Positions 28,695-39,048 of a stretch of DNA of 64,000 bases are shown here, one piece after another. Every line of letters begins with the position of its first letter. The first letter of the stretch is position 1. Location of the stretch: positions 104,913 through 168,912 of the forward strand of contig DCXM01000006.1 of the NCBI GenBank assembly GCA_002328405.1, written 5' to 3'. The DNA is from Proteobacteria bacterium UBA2136. Its GTDB lineage: Bacteria > Pseudomonadota > Alphaproteobacteria > UBA2136. Below the pieces are notes generated by a model. It saw nothing but the letters and a program-made list of their open reading frames with translations, ran no database searches and was not told the DNA's origin. The translations under genes and the position numbers were made by a program.

Positions 28695-29969
28695 ATGCAC
28701 TTTGAAACTAAAGCCATCCACAGCGGTCAAAAATGTGACCCCTCCAGCGGCAGCGCCATCACCCCTATCCATCAAAATGTGTCATTTCAGTTTGAATCGG
28801 CCGAGCAAGCGTCCAACCGTTTTTCGTTAGATGAATTTGGTCAAATTTACAGTCGCATGGGCAACCCAACGGTGGATCATTTTGAAGAGCGCATGGCCGC
28901 ATTAGACGATGGCGTTGGCGCCGTTGCGTTAGCATCGGGCATGACCGCCGTGGCCTATGCGGTGATGAACATTTGCAAAGCGGGCGACAACTTTGTCACC
29001 AGCCGCAACCTTTACGGTGGTGTTTCAAACCTGTTTATGAATATTTTTAAGGACTATGGCATTGAGGCACGATTTGTCGACCACGAAGACCCTGAAAACT
29101 TCCGCCGCGCGATGGATGACAAAACAAAACTGTTTTTCGGGGAGGTTTTGCCAAATCCACGCCTAAACGTACTTCCTATTGAGGACATCGCAAAGGTAGC
29201 CAAGGATGTCGGCGTGCCTTTAATTGTGGACAACACCTGCGCCACACCGGCTTTGTGTCGCCCGATTGAACATGGTGCGGACATTGTGGTTTACAGCGCA
29301 ACCAAATACATTGGCGGACATGCCAATGCCATGGCTGGAGTTGTGGTGGACAGTGGCAATTTTGACTGGAGCCAAAACCCCGACAGATTCCCGATGATCA
29401 ACCAGCCAGATCCTTCCCTTCATGGCATTGAGTGGGTGAAGAAATTTGACAAACTGGCCTACCTTGTCAAACTGCGCGCCACCATGCTGCGTGACTTTGG
29501 TGGATGCTTAGCACCCATGAATGCTTATTTAATGAGCCAAGGACTGGAAACCCTATCCCTTAGAATGGAAAAACATTGCACCAACGCCAAAAAAGTGGCT
29601 GAATTTTTACAAAACCACCCCAAGGTTGGACATGTCATTTACCCAAGCCTTGCCAACGACGGTACCAAAGAACTGGCTGAAAAACAATTTGGCGGTGACC
29701 ACTACGGTGCATTGGTCGGCATGGACGTTAAAGGCGGCACTGTTGCAGGCAAAAAGGTGGTGGAAAGTTTAAAGATGTTTTACCACGTAGCCCACATTGG
29801 TGATGTGCGTTCGATGGCCATTCACCCTGCGTCGACCACGCATTCACAAATCCCCAGCCAAGAGCGTTTGAAAGCCGGCATCACCGATGGCTATGTCCGC
29901 CTATGTATTGGCATTGAACACCCAGACGATATCATTGCCGACCTCAGTCAAGCTTTGGATAAAATTTAA
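28695..29969 (+). CDS. metY: O-acetylhomoserine/O-succinylhomoserine sulfhydrylase (PLP-dependent Cys/Met metabolism enzyme)
   Basis: 424 aa; PLP-lysine region SATKYIGGHANAMAGVVV, typical MetY/MetZ length and N-terminal motifs. Confidence 0.85.
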   Translation: MHFETKAIHSGQKCDPSSGSAITPIHQNVSFQFESAEQASNRFSLDEFGQIYSRMGNPTVDHFEERMAALDDGVGAVALASGMTAVAYAVMNICKAGDNFVTSRNLYGGVSNLFMNIFKDYGIEARFVDHEDPENFRRAMDDKTKLFFGEVLPNPRLNVLPIEDIAKVAKDVGVPLIVDNTCATPALCRPIEHGADIVVYSATKYIGGHANAMAGVVVDSGNFDWSQNPDRFPMINQPDPSLHGIEWVKKFDKLAYLVKLRATMLRDFGGCLAPMNAYLMSQGLETLSLRMEKHCTNAKKVAEFLQNHPKVGHVIYPSLANDGTKELAEKQFGGDHYGALVGMDVKGGTVAGKKVVESLKMFYHVAHIGDVRSMAIHPASTTHSQIPSQERLKAGITDGYVRLCIGIEHPDDIIADLSQALDKI

Positions 29970-29979
29970 CAACAACCCA

Positions 29980-30010
29980 CAAAAAAGCCACCCTTGGGTG
30001 GCTTTTTTCA
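29980..30010 (+). terminator. rho-independent terminator
   Basis: aaaaaagccacccttgggtggctttttt. Confidence 0.55.
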
Positions 30011-30017
30011 TCGCTTA

Positions 30018-30515
30018 TTATGATTTATCGGATTTACCGCCTTTGCAACGTGCACGGTCTTTTTCGGCCCGTGCCTTTTTGTGCGCTTGCTGCTCGGCAA
30101 TGGTACGCTTATTTTTGTGCGCTTTGCGACGCTTGTTGCCATGCTTATCGCAGCCGTAACGGTCTAAACCAGAATTGTTGCTTGAGCGTGAACTGTTACC
30201 CTTACGGCGAGCTGGGTTCGAGCGAGGTTTTACCTGCTTTTGCTCTTGGCGTGCCTCGGTAATCCAGCGTTCTGCAATGGTATAATTTACAAAGTCCACG
30301 CCAATACCTGCAGGTTCCAGTTCACGTGCTAATTTGTTACAAATTTGGGTGGAAACACCATTTGGCACCCCTACAAACTTTGCACGATTTTGAACGGCAC
30401 GTAGCGCAATGTCTTTCGTTGCAGATTCATCGCCCAGCACCAAACGTGCAAAAAGCTTTGGGTTTGCCGCAATGTTTAAACGGTTATGAGCCACAGCAGG
30501 CTTTTGATTGGTCAT
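30018..30515 (-). CDS. hypothetical protein with structured N-terminal domain and highly basic Lys/Arg-rich C-terminal tail (possible RNA/DNA-binding; ProQ/FinO-like?)
   Basis: 165 aa; the C-terminal 70 aa are ~40% K/R. Family assignment is uncertain. Confidence 0.4.
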   Translation of the reverse strand: MTNQKPAVAHNRLNIAANPKLFARLVLGDESATKDIALRAVQNRAKFVGVPNGVSTQICNKLARELEPAGIGVDFVNYTIAERWITEARQEQKQVKPRSNPARRKGNSSRSSNNSGLDRYGCDKHGNKRRKAHKNKRTIAEQQAHKKARAEKDRARCKGGKSDKS

Positions 30516-30680
30516 AAGATATCCTTAGCCCTGAACAGGGCAAGTTACGTTAAGATTTTGCCACACGGAGAGTGTGACCGTAAAAGATCAAGTATTGATT
30601 ACATGTGATTATGTAGGCATTTTAAATGCCAATTTCAATACCATGAAAAGAAAAACTCCCCAGACGGGGAGCTTTCTGAT

Positions 30681-33600
30681 TTAGTTAACCAAGCCTTTTA
30701 ACTGCCCTAAAGCAACGTTTAAAATGGCGTGAGAGACTTCTTCGTTCTCCTTCAACTCCTCAATAAATTTGTTGTATTGAGTCATTGAACCATTTTTGGT
30801 GCCAAGCCAGCATTTAACAGCGTCGCCTGCTTGTTTAATTTTACCGCACTCCTTGTCTTCAATCACATGGCCGGTAATTTCTTTTTGATAACCATATAAC
30901 TGCTCAATGATAGACAAGCTACCCACCCGTTGCCAGTTGTTGGTCACGGGGATTGCACGAGTACGTTTGTGCAGGTAATCAAACTCCAAGCTTTCACCCA
31001 CTCTAAAGTGCAGGTCCATCACCTCGCCCACTTTTTTCTGACGTTCCATGGCAATGGTTGCCACATCGGCCGAACAGTTAAGCGTTGGCATCAGAGACCA
31101 TTCCTTTGCAACTTTTGCAGGCACGCCCATTTCAAGCCATGTGGATTCACGCTTGTTAATGCGTTCTTGCATGTCCGCCGTTAAGTGTTTTGGCAACACC
31201 TTACGAATGTCATCAAAGTAAGTTTGGAACGCTTTTAAGCTTTTCTCCACGTTCAATGGTTTGTCCTTACCATTACGCAAGAACCAAAACGCTGTACCTT
31301 CTAAAAGTTTTTTAACGACATTACGCATTTCTTTTTGGACATTGGCGTTCACCTTGTTATCCAAGGCATCAATGGCGTCATACCATTTTTGTGCACCCAA
31401 TAGTTTCTTAGAAATAACAAAGGCACGGGTAATGGTGCAAGCCTCGTGGCCTGTTTCATCCATCATACGGTCCATAAAGGTCATACCCATGCGGTTGATC
31501 AGCTCATTGGTCACCTTCGTTGCAATAATTTCCGTTTTCAGGCGGTGCTTTTGCATAAAGTCTTTGTATTTACGCTGCAACTTGGTTGGGAAGTAGTCGT
31601 ACAGGTACAAGTCTTCCATCACCGTCTCACTTGGCAACTTGCTGTTCACCAAAGTGTTGTAAAGGTCCATTTTGGTGTAAGCCATCAATACAGAAAGTTC
31701 TGGCCTTGTAAGCCCTCTTCCTTCCTTAGAACGTTGTTCCAGCTCTTCCTCATCTGGTAGGTATTCCAACTTACGGTTTAGGAAACCTTTCTTCTCAAGC
31801 GATGTTAACAAGCGCTTGTGCGGTTCCAACATATCCTTACTGACCATTTGCGCAATACTTAAAATTTGTGACTGACGGTAGTTGGCTTCCAGTGAAAGTT
31901 CACCCACCTCTTCTGTCATTTCTTCTAACAATTTATTACGTGCCGCTTCTTTAAGTTTGCCGGTTTCTTCAACCAAACGGAGCAACACTTTAATGTTCAC
32001 CTCAATGTCAGAACAGTTGACACCGGCCGAGTTATCAATCGCATCGGTGTTGACGTAACCACCTTTAGCCGCATAATCAATACGTGCCAGTTGGGTAAAG
32101 CCTAAGTTACCGCCTTCGCCAAGGGCTTTCACACGTAGCTCATCCGCATTGATACGAATGGCATCATTGGCACGGTCGCCCACTTCGGCGTTGCTCTCTT
32201 CCTTAGACTTCACAAAGGTACCAATACCGCCGTTCCACAGCAGATCAACTGGTGCTTTTAAAATGCACTGAATCAATTCATTCGGTGTCATCTTCGCTTG
32301 ATTTACACCGAGCACTTGCTGCATTTCTTTTGAAATTTCAACCGACTTTTCACCACGACTGATGATGGCACCACCTTTTGAAATGGCATTTGTGTCATAA
32401 TCCGCCCAAGTAAGCCTTGGGTTTTTAAACAGGCGTTGACGTTCCTTGTAACTTTTCGCCACGTCTGGGTTCGGGTCTAAGAAGATGTGCATATGGTTGA
32501 ACGCTGCCACCAACTTCGTATGCTTGGAAAGCAACATGCCGTTACCAAACACGTCCCCCGCCATGTCGCCAATGCCTACGCAGGTAAAGTCTTCTTCTTG
32601 AATGTTGCGACCCATTTCACGGAAATGGTGTTTCACACATTCCCAAGCGCCACGGGCAGTGATACCCATTTTTTTATGGTCATAACCGTTTGAACCGCCT
32701 GATGCAAAGGCATCGCCAAGCCAGAAGCCTGCATCGGTGCCATCCCAATAGTCGGCAGTTAACGCCTGTTCATTGGCAAGGTCTGAAAATGTGGCGGTAC
32801 CTTTATCCGCTGCCACAACAAGGTACGGGTCATCGCCGTCCTTCATCACCACGTTACGTGGGTGAAGCACTTTACCTTCAAATAAGTTATCGGTCACCGA
32901 AAGCAAACCGTGGATAAACACCTTGTAAGCCGTTTGCACAGCTTCCATCATCGATGCTCTATCCTTGCTTTCAGGTTCCGCCTTCAGGACAAAACCACCT
33001 TTTGAACCCAACGGCACAATCACCGCATTTTTGGTCATCTGTGTTTTCATCAAGCCAAGCACTTCGGTTCTAAAGTCTTCTGGACGGTCCGACCAGCGTA
33101 AACCACCACGTGCCACCATGCCACCACGCAAGTGAACACCTTCCACCACACTGTGGTAGACAAAAATTTCATACATGGGGTGTGGTTTTGGCAGGTTTGG
33201 CACCTTGGCACTTTCCACCTTAAAGGCTAGTGGCGCTGTCGCCTCTTCATTTTGGAAGGCGTTGGTACGCACGCACGCATTGATCACGCCCCAAATTTGG
33301 CGCAAAATCACGTCCTCATCCAGTGACTTCACCTGCGCCAAGGTTTCTTCTAATTTACCTGCAATCGCTTTTTCAGACTTTTCACGCACCGCTTTTGAAA
33401 GCGCTGGGTTAAAGCGAGCATCAAAAAGTTCACACAAGGTGCGGGAAATATCAGCATGCTTGATTAAAGTTTGGCGGATATATTCTTTTGAGTAAGGCAT
33501 CACGCACTGCTGGAGGTAAGCCACAAAAGCTCGCAAATAAACCACTTCGCGGATGTTGAGCCCAGCTTCAACAATCAATGCATTCAAGCTGTCATTTTCC

Positions 33601-35528
33601 AATTCGCCACACCATGCGCGTTCCACCGCTTCTGTGAGAACATTTCTCACATTTTCGTCATAAATGCACTTTTGATTCGCATTTACGGCAACACCAAAAT
33701 CATGCACCCAAACGCCTGGTTCGTTCAAAGCTTCAATGTATGTTGAGTTCTCATCTGTGATGTAAAGACCCATGTTATTGAAGGTTGGCATCAACTGGGA
33801 CAAGCCAATTCGTTCTTCTTTATGGAGCACTTTTAAATGCACTTCCTTTTCTTCTCCTAGAGCGATGGAAACCAAGAAGTTGAGGTCATATTTAAACATG
33901 TTTTCAAAGGATGTAATGTCCTGCAACGCCATGTAAACATTGTTGTTTTCTTGGTAACCAAGGCGGAAAGCGCCTTTGTATTTTTTGTGTAAGCTTAAAC
34001 CCTCACGCTCACCATAAGCGTCGCAAAGCTGGTGTTCCAAGTCGTCCGTCCACGACCTTGCAACTTCACGGATCCGCGCTTCCACTTCCAGCTCTTTCAC
34101 CTGTGGGACAGACGGTGGGTTGGAACGAATTTTTAGGTACAATCGCGCAAGACGTGATTCGCCTACGTTCATCAAATATTCAATATCTTCAGCGTTGTAT
34201 TCTTCTGTTAAAATGGCAACAATTTTCTTACGCAACGCACTGCTCATACGGTCTAGCGGAATAAAGACCATGGCGGTGGTCAACAACTCGTGACGGCTTT
34301 GACGAACAAAAAGGCGCACCTGTTGACGTTCCTTTAAATTCAAAATCCCGGTAGAAATACGTTCTAAATCATCCACATCAATTTGGAAAAGCTCGTCCCT
34401 TGGGTACATTTCAAGGATGTTGACCAACGCTTTGTAGTTGTGAGACTGTGGCGGCAAGTTGGTTTGTGCGGACAGCACCTTTTCAATTTTACGGCGGACA
34501 ATTGGAATTTGCCTTGGGTTGGTGGTGTACGCGCGGGATGTCAACAGACCAAGGAAGCGGTGTTCGCCAATCACGTTGCCTTTTTCGTCAAATTCTTTAA
34601 TACCGATGTAGTCCATGTCTGCCCTGCGGTGAACTGGAGACTTGGTGTTGGCTTTGGTAATAGTGACAAAATCTTTTTTGTTGGAGTAATAATGTTTAAG
34701 GTTTGGCGGCACATCATCTAAACATGTTTTTTCATAAACAGATGACGTTTTATCATCACGCAAAATGCCTAAACCACTGCGCTTGGAAAGCGCCATGTAT
34801 GTCTTTTTATTTTCGTGTGAAATTTTATAATGGCGATAACCTAAGAAAATGTAATTTTTGTTAATCAGCCATTTGAAAAACTCAGATTCTTCGCTGTGCT
34901 TTTTGGCCGTTGTGGACTTTTCAACCTTTTGCACCAAAGCATCCATTTTTTTCACCATACCTGCAAAGTCACGGCTAACAGCTGCAGCTTCTTTTAAAAC
35001 ATGTTGAATAGCGGCTTCAATTTCTTCTAACAAAGAATCTTCAGGAATATATTCCAATTCCATGTGGATCAACACTTCACGGTTGTAACCTTCTGGCGCC
35101 TCGCCTGAATCAGTGTTGTCCTCAAACTCAAGCAAACGGCCGTTTTTATCTCTCTTCACCAAGAAAACAGGGTGGAAGGTGTGGCGCACTTCAATGTCCC
35201 TATCTTGGGCTTCTTCCCACATGGAATCCACCAAAAATGGGCCATCGTCCATGTAAACTTCAATCACCACATTGCTGGTGTCCTGCGCGCGGTAGACCGA
35301 AACATGCTGTTCACCCGGTTTAAAGGCCTTTAAAACATCAAAAGCGTGCTCCATATGTTTATCAAAGTGAGGGCGATTATCAATCAGTGAGACGACTTCT
35401 GCCTCTGGCGTTCTGTCAAAATAAAGTTGCGCAAATTTTGCTAAATTTTTGCCCTGCTTGTTTTTTTGAAGTTTTTTGATAAAAGTTTGAAAACTTTTTT
35501 TACCGCTCTTGGTTTCAATTGGCGCCAT
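30681..35528 (-). CDS. gdhB: NAD-specific glutamate dehydrogenase, large (~180 kDa) Bac_GDH family
   Basis: 1615 aa single ORF; characteristic length and central catalytic region (…GGxRWSDRPEDFRTEVLGL…, KGTATFSD) of giant NAD-GDHs. Confidence 0.9.
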   Translation of the reverse strand: MAPIETKSGKKSFQTFIKKLQKNKQGKNLAKFAQLYFDRTPEAEVVSLIDNRPHFDKHMEHAFDVLKAFKPGEQHVSVYRAQDTSNVVIEVYMDDGPFLVDSMWEEAQDRDIEVRHTFHPVFLVKRDKNGRLLEFEDNTDSGEAPEGYNREVLIHMELEYIPEDSLLEEIEAAIQHVLKEAAAVSRDFAGMVKKMDALVQKVEKSTTAKKHSEESEFFKWLINKNYIFLGYRHYKISHENKKTYMALSKRSGLGILRDDKTSSVYEKTCLDDVPPNLKHYYSNKKDFVTITKANTKSPVHRRADMDYIGIKEFDEKGNVIGEHRFLGLLTSRAYTTNPRQIPIVRRKIEKVLSAQTNLPPQSHNYKALVNILEMYPRDELFQIDVDDLERISTGILNLKERQQVRLFVRQSRHELLTTAMVFIPLDRMSSALRKKIVAILTEEYNAEDIEYLMNVGESRLARLYLKIRSNPPSVPQVKELEVEARIREVARSWTDDLEHQLCDAYGEREGLSLHKKYKGAFRLGYQENNNVYMALQDITSFENMFKYDLNFLVSIALGEEKEVHLKVLHKEERIGLSQLMPTFNNMGLYITDENSTYIEALNEPGVWVHDFGVAVNANQKCIYDENVRNVLTEAVERAWCGELENDSLNALIVEAGLNIREVVYLRAFVAYLQQCVMPYSKEYIRQTLIKHADISRTLCELFDARFNPALSKAVREKSEKAIAGKLEETLAQVKSLDEDVILRQIWGVINACVRTNAFQNEEATAPLAFKVESAKVPNLPKPHPMYEIFVYHSVVEGVHLRGGMVARGGLRWSDRPEDFRTEVLGLMKTQMTKNAVIVPLGSKGGFVLKAEPESKDRASMMEAVQTAYKVFIHGLLSVTDNLFEGKVLHPRNVVMKDGDDPYLVVAADKGTATFSDLANEQALTADYWDGTDAGFWLGDAFASGGSNGYDHKKMGITARGAWECVKHHFREMGRNIQEEDFTCVGIGDMAGDVFGNGMLLSKHTKLVAAFNHMHIFLDPNPDVAKSYKERQRLFKNPRLTWADYDTNAISKGGAIISRGEKSVEISKEMQQVLGVNQAKMTPNELIQCILKAPVDLLWNGGIGTFVKSKEESNAEVGDRANDAIRINADELRVKALGEGGNLGFTQLARIDYAAKGGYVNTDAIDNSAGVNCSDIEVNIKVLLRLVEETGKLKEAARNKLLEEMTEEVGELSLEANYRQSQILSIAQMVSKDMLEPHKRLLTSLEKKGFLNRKLEYLPDEEELEQRSKEGRGLTRPELSVLMAYTKMDLYNTLVNSKLPSETVMEDLYLYDYFPTKLQRKYKDFMQKHRLKTEIIATKVTNELINRMGMTFMDRMMDETGHEACTITRAFVISKKLLGAQKWYDAIDALDNKVNANVQKEMRNVVKKLLEGTAFWFLRNGKDKPLNVEKSLKAFQTYFDDIRKVLPKHLTADMQERINKRESTWLEMGVPAKVAKEWSLMPTLNCSADVATIAMERQKKVGEVMDLHFRVGESLEFDYLHKRTRAIPVTNNWQRVGSLSIIEQLYGYQKEITGHVIEDKECGKIKQAGDAVKCWLGTKNGSMTQYNKFIEELKENEEVSHAILNVALGQLKGLVN

Positions 35529-35712
35529 TGTTTTTCTCTTCTTTTTGAATGCTTTAAAGTTAATTTTTGTTTATCAATTATTTTAAATTCCATTGTACCG
35601 TCATGTAAAGCATTTTAGCAAAAAACACCCTCTTACAGGGTGCGCATCCAAGGCAACGCTGTTGCAAATTTAATCTGTTTTAAATATTAAGAATGGTAAT
35701 GTCTTGCGCCGG

Positions 35713-36411
35713 TTAAGCTTTAATGTCCAACAAGGCATCTTCCATATCATTCACAGCGGAGAATACTGTTAAGCTGGCTTCATATGCTCTTTGTGAAACT
35801 TTCATATCCACCACAGGGGACACAGGGTCACTGGCAGCCAGAAAAGCTTCAGGCGATAAATCCGACCCGCTTACCACATTGGCGGCGGCACTGTATGTGT
35901 TCACCAAGTCGGTTGCCGCATATGAAAAGTCTGTTTGGGCTTTTTGCGCCCCTTTCACAGCTGTCGTCAATGCGGAAGAAGCACTTAAAGTTCCTGAATT
36001 TAATAAATTAATCAATAAAACATCCCTCCAATTTTAAGCGTATTGATCGACAGCGTCGCTGTTACTTAGATAAGCTTGTGACAGAACACCACCCGACGCG
36101 CCATATGATGAGGTGAGCAAGCCTGATAAACCTTGACTGCCAACACCGTAAGCGGCACTTAGTAACGAATCTGCCGCGCTGTAACTGTTCAGTTGAGCCA
36201 GCGAGCTTAATGTCGATTCCTGAGAACTGAGAGCTTGCGCCACCGCACCCGAAAGGGGCTGTGTTTGGCCACCAAAATCCACATTCACATCAGGAATTTG
36301 CTGACTGACGTAGGACTGTAACAATGAACTTTGGGACGCACTGCTCAAAACACGGCTACCAAAGCTGTTGGCCAGCAGTGATTGATTCATCGTACTTGTA
36401 ATGTTGGTCAT
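35713..36411 (-). pseudogene. flagellar basal-body rod/hook-family gene remnant, one reading frame interrupted by a single in-frame TAA
   Basis: ORFs 36034-36411 and 35713-36015 are in the same frame, separated only by the stop at 36034-36036. The downstream part ends with a Flg_bbr_C-like motif (…VVDMKVSQRAYEASLTVFSAVNDMEDALLDI). Ser/Ala/Gly-rich middle. Confidence 0.4.
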
Positions 36412-36550
36412 TTTTACCTCCCTTTCTCTCTACATTTATGGCATTTCACGTAAATTATGGACTGACAAGGGGTTGTTTCCAGAAAAACCAAACTTCACAG
36501 CGCAACCCTTAGAACAGTTTAAAACAACCAAAATAGGTCGGACATTAAAC

Positions 36551-37378
36551 TTATGACCCCATCAACACCAAAGACAAGGCTTTTTTGTGGGTGATTTCAA
36601 TGTCATCTTGTAGTTTTGTCAGCGCTTCCATTTTTCGGAAATCTTGGGTGGTTTGGGCGACCCCCACCTCCGATTCCGCGCGTGAAAGCCCTGTTTCAAT
36701 GCGGTTTAGTTCTTCACCTTTAATGTCAATCATCTTCGCTTGTTCGGCATCACCACTTAGAGCACTTGAACCACCCAAACCCGCCAACGGCTCGGCACTG
36801 CCTTGACCGCCACTACTGGTAATCGGCTCCTCAATATATTCCGGCACAGGCGACGCTTCGCCGACATCCTCACCAGACACTGATGAAGGCTCAGACGACA
36901 ATTCTCCAATGTTACTGGTGCGACCAATATTAGAAAGAGCTGCTGTGGCGCTAGAACCTTCAACCGCACCGGTGGTTCCTGCTAACGCCACCAAAGCTGC
37001 ACTGGTTGCTGCGGCGGAGATCTCCTCATCACCTTGAGGTAAGTCAAAAACACTGCGGGCGTTGGTGATGGCGACAATTTCATCTAAAAAGGATTGGTCC
37101 GTCACAGCACTGTCCGTATTCACGCTTTGAATAGCATTCACCATCTGGCTTGAAACTGCAACTGTAGCGGACAGCCCACCCATGGATGACATGTCCGTAA
37201 AGGCTGGACCTTCCTCATTATTGGGGGACAGTCTGGAAAATCCAAATGGATTATCCTGACTTGCAAAACCATTCGCGATATTAAGTGCAACAACACCGAA
37301 GTCCGAACTATGTTCTTCTATTCCCATTGAGACACGAGCGTAAGCGCTCATGGCAACTGAATTGACTCCTGCGACCAT
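36551..37378 (-). CDS. hypothetical Ser/Ala/Gly/Thr-rich low-complexity protein with rod-protein-like N-terminus (possible second flagellar remnant)
   Basis: N-terminus …FGVVALNIANGFAS… resembles the NIAN motif of flagellar rod/hook proteins. The remainder is low complexity; different frame from the downstream remnant. Confidence 0.35.
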   Translation of the reverse strand: MVAGVNSVAMSAYARVSMGIEEHSSDFGVVALNIANGFASQDNPFGFSRLSPNNEEGPAFTDMSSMGGLSATVAVSSQMVNAIQSVNTDSAVTDQSFLDEIVAITNARSVFDLPQGDEEISAAATSAALVALAGTTGAVEGSSATAALSNIGRTSNIGELSSEPSSVSGEDVGEASPVPEYIEEPITSSGGQGSAEPLAGLGGSSALSGDAEQAKMIDIKGEELNRIETGLSRAESEVGVAQTTQDFRKMEALTKLQDDIEITHKKALSLVLMGS

Positions 37379-37575
37379 GGCATAACCTTTCTAGCATTAC
37401 ATTTATTCAATTTTATTCTTTTTTGCACTTGCTTGATACGGCTTCCATCCACACTACTTATGGGAATGTATACAACTTTATTTTTGAATATTCCTGTCAC
37501 CCCTTAATGGATAACCATACCAACCCTTTGTGGTTTTGCTTTATCTTATTTTCAAAACATTGTATAAAACGTGGC

Positions 37576-38280
37576 ATGACAAATAGAGAATACATTCTGG
37601 CTTTTGATACCTCAACCGAACACCTCAGCGTGGCGGTTGTTGACCGTTTGGGCAACACATTAAGTCAATTTAATGAGCTGGCCTTTCGCCACCTAAGCGA
37701 CAAATTACACCCAGCCATTGAGCAATGCATGACCGAAGCTGGCATTACATACCCACAACTTCTTGCCATTGCCTGCACCAAAGGCCCTGGCTCCTTTACC
37801 AGTGTGCGTGTTGGCTTATCGGCTGCCAAAGGGTTAAGCTTTGCCCTTCAAATTCCAGTGGTCACATTTAACACCCTTGAAGTTTTAGCAAAGCAAATTG
37901 CCGAAAGCGACAACCTTGAAACAAAGCTTCACATTTGGGTGGAAGCCCACGGCGGCAATGTTTACACCACATCCTTCCTGCACGGTGAGAAACAATGCGA
38001 CATTGAATCCCTCCCCGCAGGACTAGCAGCTGAAAAAATTGAAGAGGGTGAAATGCTTGCTGGCAGTGGTATGCAAAAATACAGCGACGCTGCCCCCTCC
38101 CATGCACAACAAATTCACCAGCTTTATGTTCAAGCCACAACTTTAGCACAGATGGCTTTTGAAGCGTTGGAGCACAACAAGGCAAACGTCAACGACCTAA
38201 AACCACTTTATATTCACCCGCTTCAGTATCATAAAACTTACAAAAGCGATGGCACACCACTCAGCAAAGCCACTTCTTAA
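37576..38280 (+). CDS. tsaB: tRNA threonylcarbamoyladenosine biosynthesis protein TsaB
   Basis: YeaZ/TsaB N-terminus ILAFDTSTEHLSVAVVD. The track ORF extends to 37423, but Met52 (37576) is the conserved start. Confidence 0.85.
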   Translation: MTNREYILAFDTSTEHLSVAVVDRLGNTLSQFNELAFRHLSDKLHPAIEQCMTEAGITYPQLLAIACTKGPGSFTSVRVGLSAAKGLSFALQIPVVTFNTLEVLAKQIAESDNLETKLHIWVEAHGGNVYTTSFLHGEKQCDIESLPAGLAAEKIEEGEMLAGSGMQKYSDAAPSHAQQIHQLYVQATTLAQMAFEALEHNKANVNDLKPLYIHPLQYHKTYKSDGTPLSKATS

Positions 38281-38283
38281 AAC

Positions 38284-38742
38284 ATGCTCACCTTTACCGC
38301 CATCAACATCAGCCATGCCAAGATTTGCGCCCAGTTGGACAGCTTGTGCTTTGACAGTGAAGTGTTTGACCTGACAATGATTCAGTCTCTTCTCAGCACG
38401 CCTTATGTTTCAGGTTGTTTGGCAATGGAAGGGGAAGATGCAATTGGTTATGCGCTGTTTTCCCACAGCGGGGGCGAAGGTGACTTGCTCACCATTTCCA
38501 TTTTACCAAACAAGCGAGGCCAAGGTTATGGCAAAAAATTGCTGATGGAAGTGTTTAAAATGGCAACCGCCCAAAAAATAGAAAAACTGTTTTTAGAGGT
38601 GAGGGTCAGTAATCAAGCAGCGATTCAGCTTTATCAAAACCAGGGTGGCAAAACCATTGGCCGACGTGCCAATTATTACAGTATAGCCAATAGCACCCAA
38701 AAAGAAGACGCACTGGTGATGGAGCTGCCGATAAAAATTTGA
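38284..38742 (+). CDS. rimI: ribosomal-protein-alanine N-acetyltransferase (GNAT)
   Basis: 152 aa GNAT fold (…NKRGQGYGKKLL…) immediately downstream of tsaB, the conserved pairing. Confidence 0.8.
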   Translation: MLTFTAINISHAKICAQLDSLCFDSEVFDLTMIQSLLSTPYVSGCLAMEGEDAIGYALFSHSGGEGDLLTISILPNKRGQGYGKKLLMEVFKMATAQKIEKLFLEVRVSNQAAIQLYQNQGGKTIGRRANYYSIANSTQKEDALVMELPIKI

Positions 38743-38804
38743 CAAAGCAACCCTTTTAACGCACTCTAACTTTTAAAATCACCTTCCCTTTTTGAGGTTT
38801 TACC

Positions 38805-39014
38805 ATGAAAAAAATTTCTCACCTGATCCAAAAAGTCAGAAACTTATGGCCAAAAATTTGTTGCGCCCTATCATTCCACACACCGGACGGTGACTGGGGC
38901 TATCACGCCCACAAGCCAGAAGCCTACTGCAAGTGCAAACACTGCCGAAACTGGATTACTAAAAAACAAAGAGACTTGTAAAAAGCGTAACGAACTCTTA
39001 CATAAGGAGCAGTA
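38805..39014 (+). CDS. candidate small Cys-rich protein (69 aa), not in ORF track
   Basis: Hand-translated: MKKISHLIQKVRNLWPKICCALSFHTPDGDWGYHAHKPEAYCKCKPAETGLLKNKETCKKRNELLHKEQ. Its 3' end carries the AAGGAG RBS of the next gene. Confidence 0.25.
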
Positions 39015-39048
39015 ACTTTTTACCGAACCTTTTACCAATAAGGAATTC

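Noticed and set aside
36412-36550. Gap between the two Ser/Ala-rich ORFs, a possible frameshift joining them into one gene
   Set aside because: The frames differ (mod 1 vs mod 0) and a 139-bp non-coding gap separates them. A single-gene reconstruction would need two or more lesions, so I kept them as separate remnants.
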